Shown here piece after piece: positions 27,435 through 37,150 of a stretch of DNA of 64,000 nt (positions are counted from its first letter, which is position 1; each line of letters begins with the position of its first letter). The notes below the pieces were generated by a model, which saw nothing but the letters and a program-made list of their open reading frames with translations, was not told where the DNA came from and did not search any database. The stretch covers positions 762-64,761 of the forward strand of contig JAMCYU010000005.1 in NCBI GenBank assembly GCA_023473585.1, read 5' to 3'. A program made the translations under genes and the position numbers. Source of the stretch: Patescibacteria group bacterium. Lineage in GTDB: Bacteria > Patescibacteriota > Microgenomatia > JAMCYU01.

Positions 27435-27463
27435 AATGTAGAGGATTCTTCGCGTCTTGTCAA
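27435..27463 (-). promoter_or_regulatory. hup promoter: -35 TTGACA, 17-nt spacer, -10 TACATT
   Basis: Minus-strand read tccTTGACAagacgcgaagaatcctcTACATTg, about 60 nt upstream of the hup ATG. Confidence 0.5.
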
Positions 27464-27527
27464 GGAGTATTAAATATAACAAACTAGATAGAGCATCCCG
27501 TCGCCAAATTCTCATAGATTACGTTTC

Positions 27528-28973
27528 TTATTTGGCTGTTTCGGTAATGCGCAATTCGCGGATAACGGTGACTTTGACTTGCCCCGGATAGGTTAATTTC
27601 TTTTCAATCTCGTCTTTAATCTTTTGCGCTAAAACCGTGGCCGCCGCGTCGTCTAAAACGCCGGGGTCAACAATAACCCTAATTTCCCGACCGGCCTGAA
27701 AAGCATAAGCTTCCTTAACTCCCTCTTTTGTTTTCGCAATCGCTTCAAGATCGGTTAATCTTTTCAAATACTCTTCGTAATCTTCGTACCTGGCCCCCGG
27801 TCTGGCGCCGGAAATGGCATCGGCAATATAAACAATCATTGATTCGATACTCGAAAAAGGCTTATCCTCGTGATGCTCTTCAACACAGGCGATGACAGCT
27901 TCGGGCATACCGTTCTTCTTCAAAAGATCAACGGCCAAACTAACATGAGTGCCCTCTTCTTCGGTAATCACCTTACCAATATCATGCAGTAAACAACCAA
28001 GCCTGACAATATTAATATTGGCGCCCACTTCTTGAGCCAAAGCCACGCCGATTTTCGTTTCTTCCAAGGTGTGGGCGATCATATTTTGACCGTAAGAAAA
28101 ACGGTATTTAAACCGTCCTAAAAGAGCAAGTTTATCGGCCGGAAGATTATAGACGCCGACATTATGAGCGAGTTTCTCGCCTTCCGTAAACATGATTTTT
28201 TCAAGATCTTGTTTAACCCGAGTTACCAATTCCTCAATTCTCCCCGGCTGAATTCGGCCGTCAGCCATCAGTTTTTCTAAAGCGACTTTGGCCACCTCTC
28301 TTCTGATCGGATCAAATGAAGAAAGTCTGATCACGCCTTCCTCGTCTAAATCAACATCAACCCCGGTCGCAACCTCAAACGCCCTGATGTTTCTGCCTTC
28401 CTTACCGATGATTCTGCCTTTAAGCTCTTCATCGCCAAGTTTAACCGTGGAAACGGTGTATTCGGCAACGTAATCTGTGGCTCCATGTCGCATCGCCTCC
28501 ACGAGAATTTCCCGGGCTTTATTGTCAGCTTCTTCTTTAGCCTTGGCTTCGGCTTCCTTAATCCTCTTGGCAATATCTTCCTTAAGTCTTTCTTCTAAAG
28601 CCGCTAAAATAAGATTTTTGGCTTCTTCCCTGGTCAGACCGGCCGCCCGTTCCAATTTCGCAACCTGGTCCTGTTTAACCTTATCAATCTCTCCTAAGCG
28701 GCTTTTCAGCTCTTCGTCTTTACTGACTAAATATTTTTCTTTTTCTTCTAAAGCCCCCATTTTCCTGGCCATCTCGGCTTCTTGATTCCGCAGTTTATTG
28801 GCTTCTTCCTGGGCCTCTCGGCGAATTTTTAAAGCCTCTTCGCGGGCTTCGGTGATAATTTCCTGGGCGCGGTTTTGGGTAACCGGTGAAACCTGTGGCG
28901 TCTGTGGTAGAGGCTCGATCTTTTTCTTTTTGGGTTTTAAAAAAATCTCTTTAAGATTATCTAAAAATGACAT
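27528..28973 (-). CDS. rny: ribonuclease Y
   Basis: 481 aa. N-terminal TM/coiled coil, KH domain, HD domain (HDIGK). Confidence 0.9.
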   Translation of the reverse strand: MSFLDNLKEIFLKPKKKKIEPLPQTPQVSPVTQNRAQEIITEAREEALKIRREAQEEANKLRNQEAEMARKMGALEEKEKYLVSKDEELKSRLGEIDKVKQDQVAKLERAAGLTREEAKNLILAALEERLKEDIAKRIKEAEAKAKEEADNKAREILVEAMRHGATDYVAEYTVSTVKLGDEELKGRIIGKEGRNIRAFEVATGVDVDLDEEGVIRLSSFDPIRREVAKVALEKLMADGRIQPGRIEELVTRVKQDLEKIMFTEGEKLAHNVGVYNLPADKLALLGRFKYRFSYGQNMIAHTLEETKIGVALAQEVGANINIVRLGCLLHDIGKVITEEEGTHVSLAVDLLKKNGMPEAVIACVEEHHEDKPFSSIESMIVYIADAISGARPGARYEDYEEYLKRLTDLEAIAKTKEGVKEAYAFQAGREIRVIVDPGVLDDAAATVLAQKIKDEIEKKLTYPGQVKVTVIRELRITETAK

Positions 28974-29136
28974 ACTTTACCTTTCTTGATAAATGTTAGA
29001 GGAGAGAGACCCACCAAATTAAGGTGGTTTTAAACGCTAGTTGTAAGTTTAATATGAAGTTTATGGGTTAAAATATTCATATTTAACGCTTAAATCTCTG
29101 CTTTCTCACATTTATCAATTGTTAACTTAAGTTATC

Positions 29137-29787
29137 TTACTCTTTTTCTTTAATTTCGTCAATTACTTTTTCAATGGTTTCCCAGGCAAAACCACGACGC
29201 AAAAGATAAGCGCTAAGTTTTTTCCTGATTTCTTCTTGAGGATAATTTTCCCAAACCTTTATCTTTTTACTAACCGCTTTTTTTGCTAAATCATCTTCTT
29301 TAAATAGGTGTTTCATGTTTTGTGTTTCATGTTCTATGATTTCCCGAGAGATCCCTTTTTGCCGAAGTTCCATCTCAAGAACTTTTCTGCCTTTTGGCCG
29401 AAAAGCAGCGCGCTGCTCAATCCACCATTTGGCAAATTCTTTGTCGTTGACAAAACCCAAATGTTTTAATTTGGCCCAAACCATTTTTTTGGTTTTTTCA
29501 CCGACTGCCTGACGATGGAAATAATCTTCCAGTTCTTTTTCCGAACGGGGGCGGAAAGAAAGAAATTTTAAAACCCGCTCATAGACTTTGATAAACTCAT
29601 TTTCTTTAATTAATCTATCGATTTCTGGCAAGGATAAATGATCGTCGATTTTTAAACCCGCCTTAATTAAGGATTCGGCCGAAAGACTAAAAGCGTATTG
29701 ACCATCAAGAAAAATGTTAAAGCGTTTTTGTCCGCCGTAGCTTCGATAGAGGCGGGTTTGATGACGGATATCGGTTATCTGTGGCAT
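29137..29787 (-). CDS. recX: RecA regulator RecX
   Basis: 216 aa. Directly downstream of recA. Three-helix repeat architecture. Confidence 0.75.
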   Translation of the reverse strand: MPQITDIRHQTRLYRSYGGQKRFNIFLDGQYAFSLSAESLIKAGLKIDDHLSLPEIDRLIKENEFIKVYERVLKFLSFRPRSEKELEDYFHRQAVGEKTKKMVWAKLKHLGFVNDKEFAKWWIEQRAAFRPKGRKVLEMELRQKGISREIIEHETQNMKHLFKEDDLAKKAVSKKIKVWENYPQEEIRKKLSAYLLRRGFAWETIEKVIDEIKEKE

Positions 29788-29793
29788 GAAAAA

Positions 29794-30825
29794 TTATTCG
29801 GCTTCTTCGCCACCGATCTCTTTGGGAATCGGTTTCCCGCTTTTAACCTGTTTCCAGATTGCCTCTAAAATTTCTTTGGCAATTTTGGGAGATTCTTTTA
29901 AGAAAATTCTTGTGGCTTCTTTGCCCTGGCCCAACATGTGTTGACCGAATTTTATGAAAGCCCCGCTTTTTTGGAGAATACCAAATTCAAGCCCGACATC
30001 TAAAAGATTCCCCTCATAAGAAATACCGTCATTTAAAATATCGAATTCGGCGGTTCTAAAAGGCGGCGCCACTTTATTTTTAACGACTTTCACCCGGTGA
30101 CGACTGCCAATTGCCCGGTCGCCGTCTTTTAAAGTTTCAATTTTCCGACTGTCAAGCCGGACAGAAGAATAGAATTTTAAAGCCAAACCACCGGGAGTTG
30201 TTTCCGGATTACCGAACATAATTCCGATTTTTTGACGCAACTGATTGGTGAAAATGGCAATTGTTTTTGATTTGGAAATAACACCCGTTAATTTACGTAA
30301 AGCCTGAGACATGAGTCTTGCCTGAACGCCGATGATGGAATCACCCATTTCTCCTTCAATCTCGGCCCGGGGTACCAGGGCGGCGACGGAATCAATAACG
30401 ACGACATCCACTCCGCCGCTTCTTATCAAAGTTTCGGCAATTTCTAAGGCCTGTTCACCCGTATCCGGTTGAGAAATTAAAAGATTATCCAGGTCAACAC
30501 CGATTATTTTTGCCCAACCCGGATCTAAAGCATGTTCGGCATCAATAAAAGCCGCCGTGCCGCCGTTTTTTTGGGCTTGCGCAATCGTCGCTAAGGCCAG
30601 CGTTGTTTTCCCGGAAGCTTCAGGCCCGAAGATTTCGATAATCCGACCTCTGGGAAGTCCGCCAACGCCTAGGGCAATGTCTAAAGCCAACGCGCCGGTG
30701 GAAACAACATCGGTCGGGGTTTTGGCAGCTGTTTCACCTAAACGCATGATCGAACCCTTACCGTATTGTTTTTCGATCTGCTCCATGGCCAGTTTAATGG
30801 CCGTCAGTTTCTCGTCTTCTGCCAT
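29794..30825 (-). CDS. recA: recombinase RecA
   Basis: 343 aa. Walker [13 protein letters not shown], and L1/L2 loop regions. Confidence 0.95.
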   Translation of the reverse strand: MAEDEKLTAIKLAMEQIEKQYGKGSIMRLGETAAKTPTDVVSTGALALDIALGVGGLPRGRIIEIFGPEASGKTTLALATIAQAQKNGGTAAFIDAEHALDPGWAKIIGVDLDNLLISQPDTGEQALEIAETLIRSGGVDVVVIDSVAALVPRAEIEGEMGDSIIGVQARLMSQALRKLTGVISKSKTIAIFTNQLRQKIGIMFGNPETTPGGLALKFYSSVRLDSRKIETLKDGDRAIGSRHRVKVVKNKVAPPFRTAEFDILNDGISYEGNLLDVGLEFGILQKSGAFIKFGQHMLGQGKEATRIFLKESPKIAKEILEAIWKQVKSGKPIPKEIGGEEAE

Positions 30826-30850
30826 CGTGCTTTTCTTTTATCACAATTAT

Positions 30851-30859
30851 TGTTAAAAT
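30851..30859 (+). promoter_or_regulatory. extended -10 TGTTAAAAT for tRNA-Pro
   Basis: Ends 11 nt before the tRNA 5' end. Same 9-mer as upstream of rnpB and tRNA-Gln. Confidence 0.4.
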
Positions 30860-30870
30860 ACAAGCATTAT

Positions 30871-30941
30871 CGGGGAGTGGCGTAATGGTAGCGCGCTAGG
30901 CTGGGGGTCTAGCAGCCGGAGTTCGATTCTCCGCTCCCCGA
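30871..30941 (+). tRNA. tRNA-Pro (anticodon GGG)
   Basis: Hand-folded. Acceptor CGGGGAG/CTCCCCG, D-arm GCGT-AATGGTA-GCGC, anticodon stem CTAGG/TCTAG with loop CTGGGGG (U33-GGG), T-arm CGGAG-TTCGATT-CTCCG. Confidence 0.75.
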
Positions 30942-31060
30942 CACTTTGACTCACAAAGCTTTGCTGTAAGACAAAAATTGGAAGGAGATTGGGCGAAAAA
31001 ATTAGTCGCCCCAAAATACCACGCGGCCAAAATTTTATTAACAGAAGAAATCTGACTCCA

Positions 31061-31086
31061 CTATATTACTTTAAAGCAATATAGTA
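31061..31086. repeat. 26-bp near-palindromic repeat, copy 2 (reverse complement of 2983..3008)
   Basis: Exact reverse-complement match to copy 1. Lies between the rpsI stop (-) and the 3' end of convergent tRNA-Pro (+). Confidence 0.6.
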
Positions 31087-31125
31087 AATAATCAATAATA
31101 TTTTAATTTCTTTACTGAAATGTTT

Positions 31126-31590
31126 TTATCTCTTCGGAGACTGTTTTTTGGCTCTTGATTTACCGGCAAAACCGGCTTTTATTCTTTGCTTTTTCCGAGG
31201 ATCACGTTTAAGAAGTCCGGCTTTTTTAAGAAGCGGCCGATATTTTTCTTTGTCAATTTTCTCAATGGCTCTGGCGATACCGTGAATAACGGCGCCCAAT
31301 TGCCCTGTCATCCCGCCGCCCTCAACCTTGACCGTGACCTCAAATCTGCCCAGATTGTCCGTCAACTGAAACGGTTGAAGATAGGCAAATTTAGCTATCT
31401 CGCCGGAAAAATACTCAGGCGCCGGCCGGTTATTAATCGTAATTTCCCCTTTGCCGCCAACCGTAAGCCTGACTCTGGCGGTTGATTCTTTACGTCGGCC
31501 AATCGCCTGATAAAAAGAGATCTTGCTCGGCGCAACTTTGCTGGTCGTTTTTACTTCTTTGGTTATTTCTTCTTTTTTCTTTCTTGGCAT
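31126..31590 (-). CDS. rpsI: 30S ribosomal protein S9 (with ~20-aa basic N-terminal extension)
   Basis: C-terminal ...GKSRAKKQSPKR and core S9 motifs. Confidence 0.9.
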   Translation of the reverse strand: MPRKKKEEITKEVKTTSKVAPSKISFYQAIGRRKESTARVRLTVGGKGEITINNRPAPEYFSGEIAKFAYLQPFQLTDNLGRFEVTVKVEGGGMTGQLGAVIHGIARAIEKIDKEKYRPLLKKAGLLKRDPRKKQRIKAGFAGKSRAKKQSPKR

Positions 31591-31593
31591 ATA

Positions 31594-32007
31594 TTAACTT
31601 TTAAATTTATCTTTATATGGGTGTTCGCTTTCCTGGTAAACATAAAGTCGGGTCAACATTCTGTCTCTTAATTTGTTTTGCGGCAACATTCCCTTAACGG
31701 CTTCATAAATAATTTTTTCCGGCATAACTTGACGCATTTCTCCCAAACTCCGGTTTCTTAAGCCTCCCGGATAACCGGAATAACGATAATAGAGTTTTTG
31801 CTTTTCTTTTTGGCCGGTAACTTTAATCTGTTTAGCATTAACAACGACAACATAATCGCCACAGTCAAGATAACGAACGAAGTAGGGTTTGTTTTTCCCC
31901 ATTAAAAGCGCCGCAATTTTTGTGACCAACCGACCCAGGATTTGATCCTGGGCATCAATTAAATGCCAAGCTTGTTTAATTTCACTCTGACTGGTAGCTT
32001 TAATCAT
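31594..32007 (-). CDS. rplM: 50S ribosomal protein L13
   Basis: 137 aa, L13 family signature. Operon position upstream of rpsI. Confidence 0.9.
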   Translation of the reverse strand: MIKATSQSEIKQAWHLIDAQDQILGRLVTKIAALLMGKNKPYFVRYLDCGDYVVVVNAKQIKVTGQKEKQKLYYRYSGYPGGLRNRSLGEMRQVMPEKIIYEAVKGMLPQNKLRDRMLTRLYVYQESEHPYKDKFKS

Positions 32008-32420
32008 TTCTGAATTTTCTCCTTTTTCCCTGTCGCTTTTTTAGGTTTAGCCACGGCTTTTTTGACCACGGCTGGCTTTTCCAAAACTTCTGTTTTTAAA
32101 TCTTCTACCCATTGGATTAAAACCATAGCCGCGTCGTCGCCGCTTCGTTCTCCAAGACGCAAAATCCGCGTATAGCCGCTTTTTCTTGAAGATAATTTCG
32201 GCAAAATTTCCGTGGTTAATTTATTAACGGCTTCTTTTTGCGGAATTATCTTTAAAACTTCTCTTTTGCCGGCCACCGTCCCTTTTTTAAGTTTGTTAAC
32301 CAATTTATCAATAAGCCCGGAAATCGCTTTGGCTCTTGACCTGGTTGTTTTGATTTGGCCAAAAAGAACCAACGAATAAATTAAATTACGCCAAAGATGA
32401 AATTCCTGTGCTTTTTTCAT
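32004..32420 (-). CDS. rplQ: 50S ribosomal protein L17
   Basis: 138 aa. Follows rpoA as in the canonical alpha operon. Confidence 0.9.
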   Translation of the reverse strand: MKKAQEFHLWRNLIYSLVLFGQIKTTRSRAKAISGLIDKLVNKLKKGTVAGKREVLKIIPQKEAVNKLTTEILPKLSSRKSGYTRILRLGERSGDDAAMVLIQWVEDLKTEVLEKPAVVKKAVAKPKKATGKKEKIQK

Positions 32421-32432
32421 AAAGTCAACAAG

Positions 32433-33350
32433 TTAAACAGATAAGGCCACGCCTTTTTCTCTTAATTTTTCTTCAACGGTCGTAATCGATTTACCTCCCA
32501 AATTCTTAATTTTCATCAGTTCTTTTTTTGGCGTACCCAAAAGCTGTCCGACGGTTTCGATCCCCCCGTTTTTAAAGGCATTGCTGATTCTCGTCGGTAA
32601 ATCTAACTCTTCAATCGTCATTTTAAGAATCTCATCGGAAACGGCCGGGGTCACGGCCACTCCTTCTGTCGGTACGGCTTTGGGTTCATAAATTTGTAAG
32701 AAATAAGAAACCAATATTTTGGCCGTGCTTCTGACCGCTGACAAAGGATCAATGGTTTTATCGGTCCAAACTTCTAAAATGAGCTTATCAAGATTAGTCA
32801 TGCGGCCGACACGCGTCGCTTCGACTTTATAATTGACCCGCAAAACAGGACTGAAGGTTGCATCGAGAGGAATAATCCCCACGGCCCCGGTTTTTTGTTC
32901 TTCGGCAGGCAGAAAACCAAAACCGGGTTCAACAGTCATTTCCGCTTCAATTTTACTTTTACTGTCAGCGAGTGTGCCTAAATAAAGATCTTTATTGGCA
33001 ACTTCAAGACCCGACGTCAGCTTTAAATCACCGGCGGTAATTTTACCAGGACCGCGAGCCGATAAAGTCACTTTAACCAATTCATTTTTTGACAGCTTAA
33101 ATCTTATCTTTTTGACGTTTAAAATAAACTCGACCACGTCCTCTGATAAACCGGGAATCGTCGAAAATTGATGCTTGACCCCTTCGATCTTAATTGTCGT
33201 CACCGCCGCTCCGGGCAAGGACGAAAGCAAAATCCGACGCAGAGCATTGCCTAAGGTATGGCCAAAACCCTGATCTAAAGGTTCGATGATAAACTTACCA
33301 TAGTCATCCCGTTCTTCTTGAGCCTTGATCTTAAAATTTGGTTCAAACAT
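32433..33350 (-). CDS. rpoA: DNA-directed RNA polymerase subunit alpha
   Basis: 305 aa. N-terminal dimerisation domain and C-terminal alphaCTD. Confidence 0.9.
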   Translation of the reverse strand: MFEPNFKIKAQEERDDYGKFIIEPLDQGFGHTLGNALRRILLSSLPGAAVTTIKIEGVKHQFSTIPGLSEDVVEFILNVKKIRFKLSKNELVKVTLSARGPGKITAGDLKLTSGLEVANKDLYLGTLADSKSKIEAEMTVEPGFGFLPAEEQKTGAVGIIPLDATFSPVLRVNYKVEATRVGRMTNLDKLILEVWTDKTIDPLSAVRSTAKILVSYFLQIYEPKAVPTEGVAVTPAVSDEILKMTIEELDLPTRISNAFKNGGIETVGQLLGTPKKELMKIKNLGGKSITTVEEKLREKGVALSV

Positions 33351-33368
33351 AAAAAGCTCCTTTCATTT

Positions 33369-33992
33369 TTATCTTGAATAAGATTCGACTATTTGTTGTT
33401 CGTCAATTTCCGTTTCAATATTGTCTCTTTTGGGAATATTTAAAACTTTACCCACCGGTCCTTTTCGTGTCAACCAGGAAGGCAAATTGGGATTTTTATC
33501 TTCTAAAAGTTTCGTAATAACCGGAATTTTCAACGCCTTATCAGAAAGAGTGATAATATCATCTTTTTTGACCGCATAGGACGGAATATTAACTTTACGA
33601 CCGTTAACCTGAATATGCCCGTGTGAAACCAGTTGTCTGGCTGCCGCCCTGGTCGGAACTAAATTTAAACGGTAAACAACATTGTCAAGCCTGGTTTCTA
33701 GCGCCTGGAGCAAAGACTCCCCGGTGCTGGCTTTCTTCTTTCGGGCTATGGTAAAATAACGTCTGAATTGTTTCTCTAAAAGACCATAAATTCTTTTCGC
33801 TTTTTGTTTTTCCCGAAGTTGCAGACCAAATTCCGATGGTTTTCTTCTTTTTCTTTGTTGACCATGAATTCCCGGAGCAATATTAATACGGCGCAGCAAG
33901 GAAGCATGAGCCTTACTGCCTACGGTTTTTAAGCCAAGGTCTTGTCCTTCGCGCCTAGCCAGTCTATTTTTTGGACCCGTATATCTTCCCAT
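33369..33992 (-). CDS. rpsD: 30S ribosomal protein S4
   Basis: 207 aa, S4 domain. Confidence 0.9.
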   Translation of the reverse strand: MGRYTGPKNRLARREGQDLGLKTVGSKAHASLLRRINIAPGIHGQQRKRRKPSEFGLQLREKQKAKRIYGLLEKQFRRYFTIARKKKASTGESLLQALETRLDNVVYRLNLVPTRAAARQLVSHGHIQVNGRKVNIPSYAVKKDDIITLSDKALKIPVITKLLEDKNPNLPSWLTRKGPVGKVLNIPKRDNIETEIDEQQIVESYSR

Positions 33993-33996
33993 TTAA

Positions 33997-34368
33997 TTAG
34001 ACTCTCCTTTTTTTCTTCGGCCTGACACCGTTATGAGGAATCGGTGTCACGTCGGCAATTAAACTGATCTGTAAACCGACCGATTTTAAAGCCCGTAGGG
34101 CGGCATCTCTACCGGCTCCCGGACCTTTGATATAAACCTCAACTTCACGAATACCAGCAATCTGAGCTTTTCGCGCTACTAATTCAACGGCCGTGGTCGC
34201 GGCATAGGGTGTCGATTTCCGGGCTCCCTTAAAACCCGAGGCCCCAGATGATCCCCAACAAACGGTATTACCGGAGTCGTCGGTCATCGTCACCAGGGTA
34301 TTATTAAAGGTCGCGGTAACATAAACACGACCCCTGGAACCAACTTGTTTGATTTTTTTTATAGCCAT
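33997..34368 (-). CDS. rpsK: 30S ribosomal protein S11
   Basis: 123 aa. Confidence 0.9.
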   Translation of the reverse strand: MAIKKIKQVGSRGRVYVTATFNNTLVTMTDDSGNTVCWGSSGASGFKGARKSTPYAATTAVELVARKAQIAGIREVEVYIKGPGAGRDAALRALKSVGLQISLIADVTPIPHNGVRPKKKRRV

Positions 34369-34794
34369 TTATTTACTTACCTCTTTTGTTGCTGAACCTG
34401 TAGGCGCGGAACTTGTCCTGGCTGCCATTTCTTTCTTAATCGCCCCAATCGTCACTCTTTTGCCCCGCTTTGTCCGGGCATTACTTCTGGTCCGTTGTCC
34501 ACGAACCGGTAAATTCCGACTGTGACGCACGCCTCTATAGGCACCAATTTCTCTTAATCTTTTAAGATTTTCCTGTATCTCCCGACGTAAATCGCCTTCA
34601 ATTTTGTAGGTATCAACAACTTTTTGCAAACGACTGATCTCTTCTTCCGTCAATTCATGAGTCCTTTTGGCGGGTTCGACTTTGGCCGAAGCCAAAATAG
34701 GCCCGACATTTGACCAGCCGATTCCATAAATTTTGGTTAAGCTGTAATCAATTCTTTTTTTATCTGGTAAATCAATACCGGCAATTCTTGCCAT
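34369..34794 (-). CDS. rpsM: 30S ribosomal protein S13
   Basis: 141 aa. Confidence 0.9.
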   Translation of the reverse strand: MARIAGIDLPDKKRIDYSLTKIYGIGWSNVGPILASAKVEPAKRTHELTEEEISRLQKVVDTYKIEGDLRREIQENLKRLREIGAYRGVRHSRNLPVRGQRTRSNARTKRGKRVTIGAIKKEMAARTSSAPTGSATKEVSK

Positions 34795-34796
34795 CT

Positions 34797-34910
34797 TTAT
34801 CCTTGTCTTTGTTTATGTTTAGGATTATCGCAAGTTACGTAAAGCCGCCCCTTACGTTTAACCACGCGACATTTTTGACATCTTTTTTTAATTGAGGCTG
34901 CGACTTTCAT
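34797..34910 (-). CDS. rpmJ: 50S ribosomal protein L36 (37 aa: [37 protein letters not shown])
   Basis: Found by hand, below the ORF cutoff. Classic L36 zinc-ribbon sequence, in the canonical position between infA and rpsM. Confidence 0.85.
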   Translation of the reverse strand: MKVAASIKKRCQKCRVVKRKGRLYVTCDNPKHKQRQG

Positions 34911-34912
34911 AA

Positions 34913-35131
34913 TTATTTAAAACGATAAATGATTCTTCCTTTATTTTCGTCATAGGGTGTCATTTCGACTTTAACCCTATCACCCGGCATAATTCTAATA
35001 TAATTAATCCTCATTTTTCCGGCTAAATAGCATAAAATAATCTTGCCGTCTCCAAGTTTGACCCGAAACAAAGTATTAGGTAAGGCTTCGGTGACTTCCC
35101 CCTCAACCTCGATTTTTTGTTGATCTGCCAT
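34913..35131 (-). CDS. infA: translation initiation factor IF-1
   Basis: 72 aa, S1-like OB fold. Confidence 0.9.
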   Translation of the reverse strand: MADQQKIEVEGEVTEALPNTLFRVKLGDGKIILCYLAGKMRINYIRIMPGDRVKVEMTPYDENKGRIIYRFK

Positions 35132-35162
35132 ACTTTTTTTAAAGACAGTGTATTTTACTAAA

Positions 35163-35921
35163 TTAAGACGTTTGCGTCAATACTATCGGCCCTTTGGCCG
35201 TGATCGCGATGGTATCCTCGAATAAACCGGAAAGCTTGCCGTCTTCCGTCTGAATTGTCCAGCCATCGTCATTTCGGTAAACGACCTGCGCTTTCCCTTG
35301 ATTATAGATAATCTCAACCGCCAACGTCATCCCTTCTTTAAGTTTTGGCGTCTTCTCGACTTTGTCTTCCAAAAAACAAGGAATTGCCGGTTCTTCATGT
35401 AAATTTTTGCCGATACCGTGACCGGTTAAGGCTCTCACCGATGAATAACCTTCCTTTTCCACGGTTTCCTGAATAATCGCGGAAAGATGACCGATATGCT
35501 TACCGACCAAAGCCTGGTTTATGGCTTTTTCCAGTGCCTTTTGTCCTGTTTTCAAAAATTTTAATTTGTTCTTTTCTTTTTGTTCGCCAACGATAACCGT
35601 TTGGGCCATATCGCTATGAAACCCCTGATAAAGCATCCCGATATCAATCCCTAAAAGGTCGCCTTCTTTTAACTTGTAGTCGCCAGGTATTCCATGAACC
35701 ACGATGTCATTAACGCACATACAACTGGCCCATTTATAGTCTCGCACCTTTTTAAAAGACGGTTCGCCCTTTTGGCTGATCAGTTTGTCGGCCAAACGAT
35801 CTAGTTCTAAAGTGCTTACCCCCGGCCGAACATTTCTTTTAACTTTCTCCATCACGCCGGCTAAAATTTGACCCCCTTTTTTCATGATTTCCATCTCTTC
35901 TTTGGTTTTAAGAGAAATCAT
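35163..35921 (-). CDS. map: type I methionine aminopeptidase
   Basis: 252 aa, pita-bread fold metal ligands. Confidence 0.9.
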   Translation of the reverse strand: MISLKTKEEMEIMKKGGQILAGVMEKVKRNVRPGVSTLELDRLADKLISQKGEPSFKKVRDYKWASCMCVNDIVVHGIPGDYKLKEGDLLGIDIGMLYQGFHSDMAQTVIVGEQKEKNKLKFLKTGQKALEKAINQALVGKHIGHLSAIIQETVEKEGYSSVRALTGHGIGKNLHEEPAIPCFLEDKVEKTPKLKEGMTLAVEIIYNQGKAQVVYRNDDGWTIQTEDGKLSGLFEDTIAITAKGPIVLTQTS

Positions 35922-36577
35922 TTCATCCCCTTGGTTCTTTGCAAAATTTTGCTAACGACTTCAGGAATACTTAAGTTGGTCGTGTCCAAAACCCAAGCAT
36001 CATCAACAACTTTTAAAGGATCTGTTTTCCTTTCCGTATCTTGAGTGTCTCTTTTAATCGTCTCTTCTAAAACACAACCAAAAGACTTTTCGATACCCTT
36101 ATTCTTAAATTCTTTATATTTTCTTTCCGCTCTTTCTTCTTGATCTGCGGTCAGATAAATCTTAAGATTGGCCAATGGCAAAACACGGGTCGTAATATCC
36201 CTGCCTTCCATCACCACGCTTTCACCTTTGGCTAATTTTTTTTGTTTTTCAACCAAAAGCTTTCTAACTTGAGGCAACGTGGCCACCACCGATGCTCCCC
36301 ATCCCATCTCCGGTTTCCTGATAACCGAAGAGATGTCCTGGCCATTAAGAAAAAGACGTGATTTCTCAAATTCGATCTTCGCTTTTTTTAAAAGAGCAAC
36401 GACTTTCTTTTCATCTTTTAAGTCAATTTTTTGAGCCGTTGCCAAAAAGGCAGTGGCCCGATACATGGCTCCGGTATCAATATAGATTATCCCTAATTTG
36501 TCGGCTAAAATTTTGGCAATCGTTGATTTTCCTGCCCCAACCGGACCATCAATGGCAATCTGCAAAAGTTTCTTCAT
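35918..36577 (-). CDS. cmk: cytidylate kinase
   Basis: 219 aa. P-loop GPVGAGKST and CMP-binding region. Unusually located between adk and map. Confidence 0.8.
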   Translation of the reverse strand: MKKLLQIAIDGPVGAGKSTIAKILADKLGIIYIDTGAMYRATAFLATAQKIDLKDEKKVVALLKKAKIEFEKSRLFLNGQDISSVIRKPEMGWGASVVATLPQVRKLLVEKQKKLAKGESVVMEGRDITTRVLPLANLKIYLTADQEERAERKYKEFKNKGIEKSFGCVLEETIKRDTQDTERKTDPLKVVDDAWVLDTTNLSIPEVVSKILQRTKGMK

Positions 36578-37146
36578 TTTTTCAGGCGGGATAAGATATC
36601 CTGGCTGATTTCTTCAACCGACCTTTCCCCGTTAATTTCTTCCAAAATCCCCAGCTTTTGGAAAAAATCCAAAACCGCTTTTTCACCCTGATAATACATT
36701 TCCAGTCTTTGTTTTATCCGTTCTGGTGAATCATGAAGCTCGTTGCTTCCGGCATGCAAAGGTCGGCCTCTTTTCAAAAGTCTTCCCATCGATTCCGAAG
36801 GTGAAATCTTAAGATAAATCGCCTTTTCAATCTTATAACCGTATTTATCAATTTTGTTAACCAAAAATTTGGCCTGGCGTAAGTTTCTGGGAAAACCGTC
36901 AATAATCCAGCCGTCTTTGGTTTTTTTAAGTTTATTTTTCCAAAGAACAAACATTTCACTGTCGGGGACATACTTCCCTTCAGAGAGCGACCTAAGACAG
37001 GCGGCGCCAATTAAGCCCTTGTCAGTGGCGGCCGCTTCTCTAACCAAATCACCGGAGGTTAAAATCGGCAAATTAAGCTTTTCGGCCAAAAGTTTCGCCT
37101 GGGTTCCTTTACCTGATCCCTCCGGTCCGTAAAAAACGATATGCAT
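36574..37146 (-). CDS. adk: adenylate kinase (short form, no zinc lid)
   Basis: 190 aa. P-loop GPEGSGKGTQ. Confidence 0.9.
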   Translation of the reverse strand: MHIVFYGPEGSGKGTQAKLLAEKLNLPILTSGDLVREAAATDKGLIGAACLRSLSEGKYVPDSEMFVLWKNKLKKTKDGWIIDGFPRNLRQAKFLVNKIDKYGYKIEKAIYLKISPSESMGRLLKRGRPLHAGSNELHDSPERIKQRLEMYYQGEKAVLDFFQKLGILEEINGERSVEEISQDILSRLKK

Positions 37147-37150
37147 AAAA

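Noticed and set aside
29011-29031. Hairpin CCACC-aaattaa-GGTGG followed by TTTT between recX and rny, considered as a recA-recX terminator
   Set aside because: The U-run follows the stem only on the plus strand, whereas both flanking genes are on the minus strand. There is no A-run upstream for bidirectional function.
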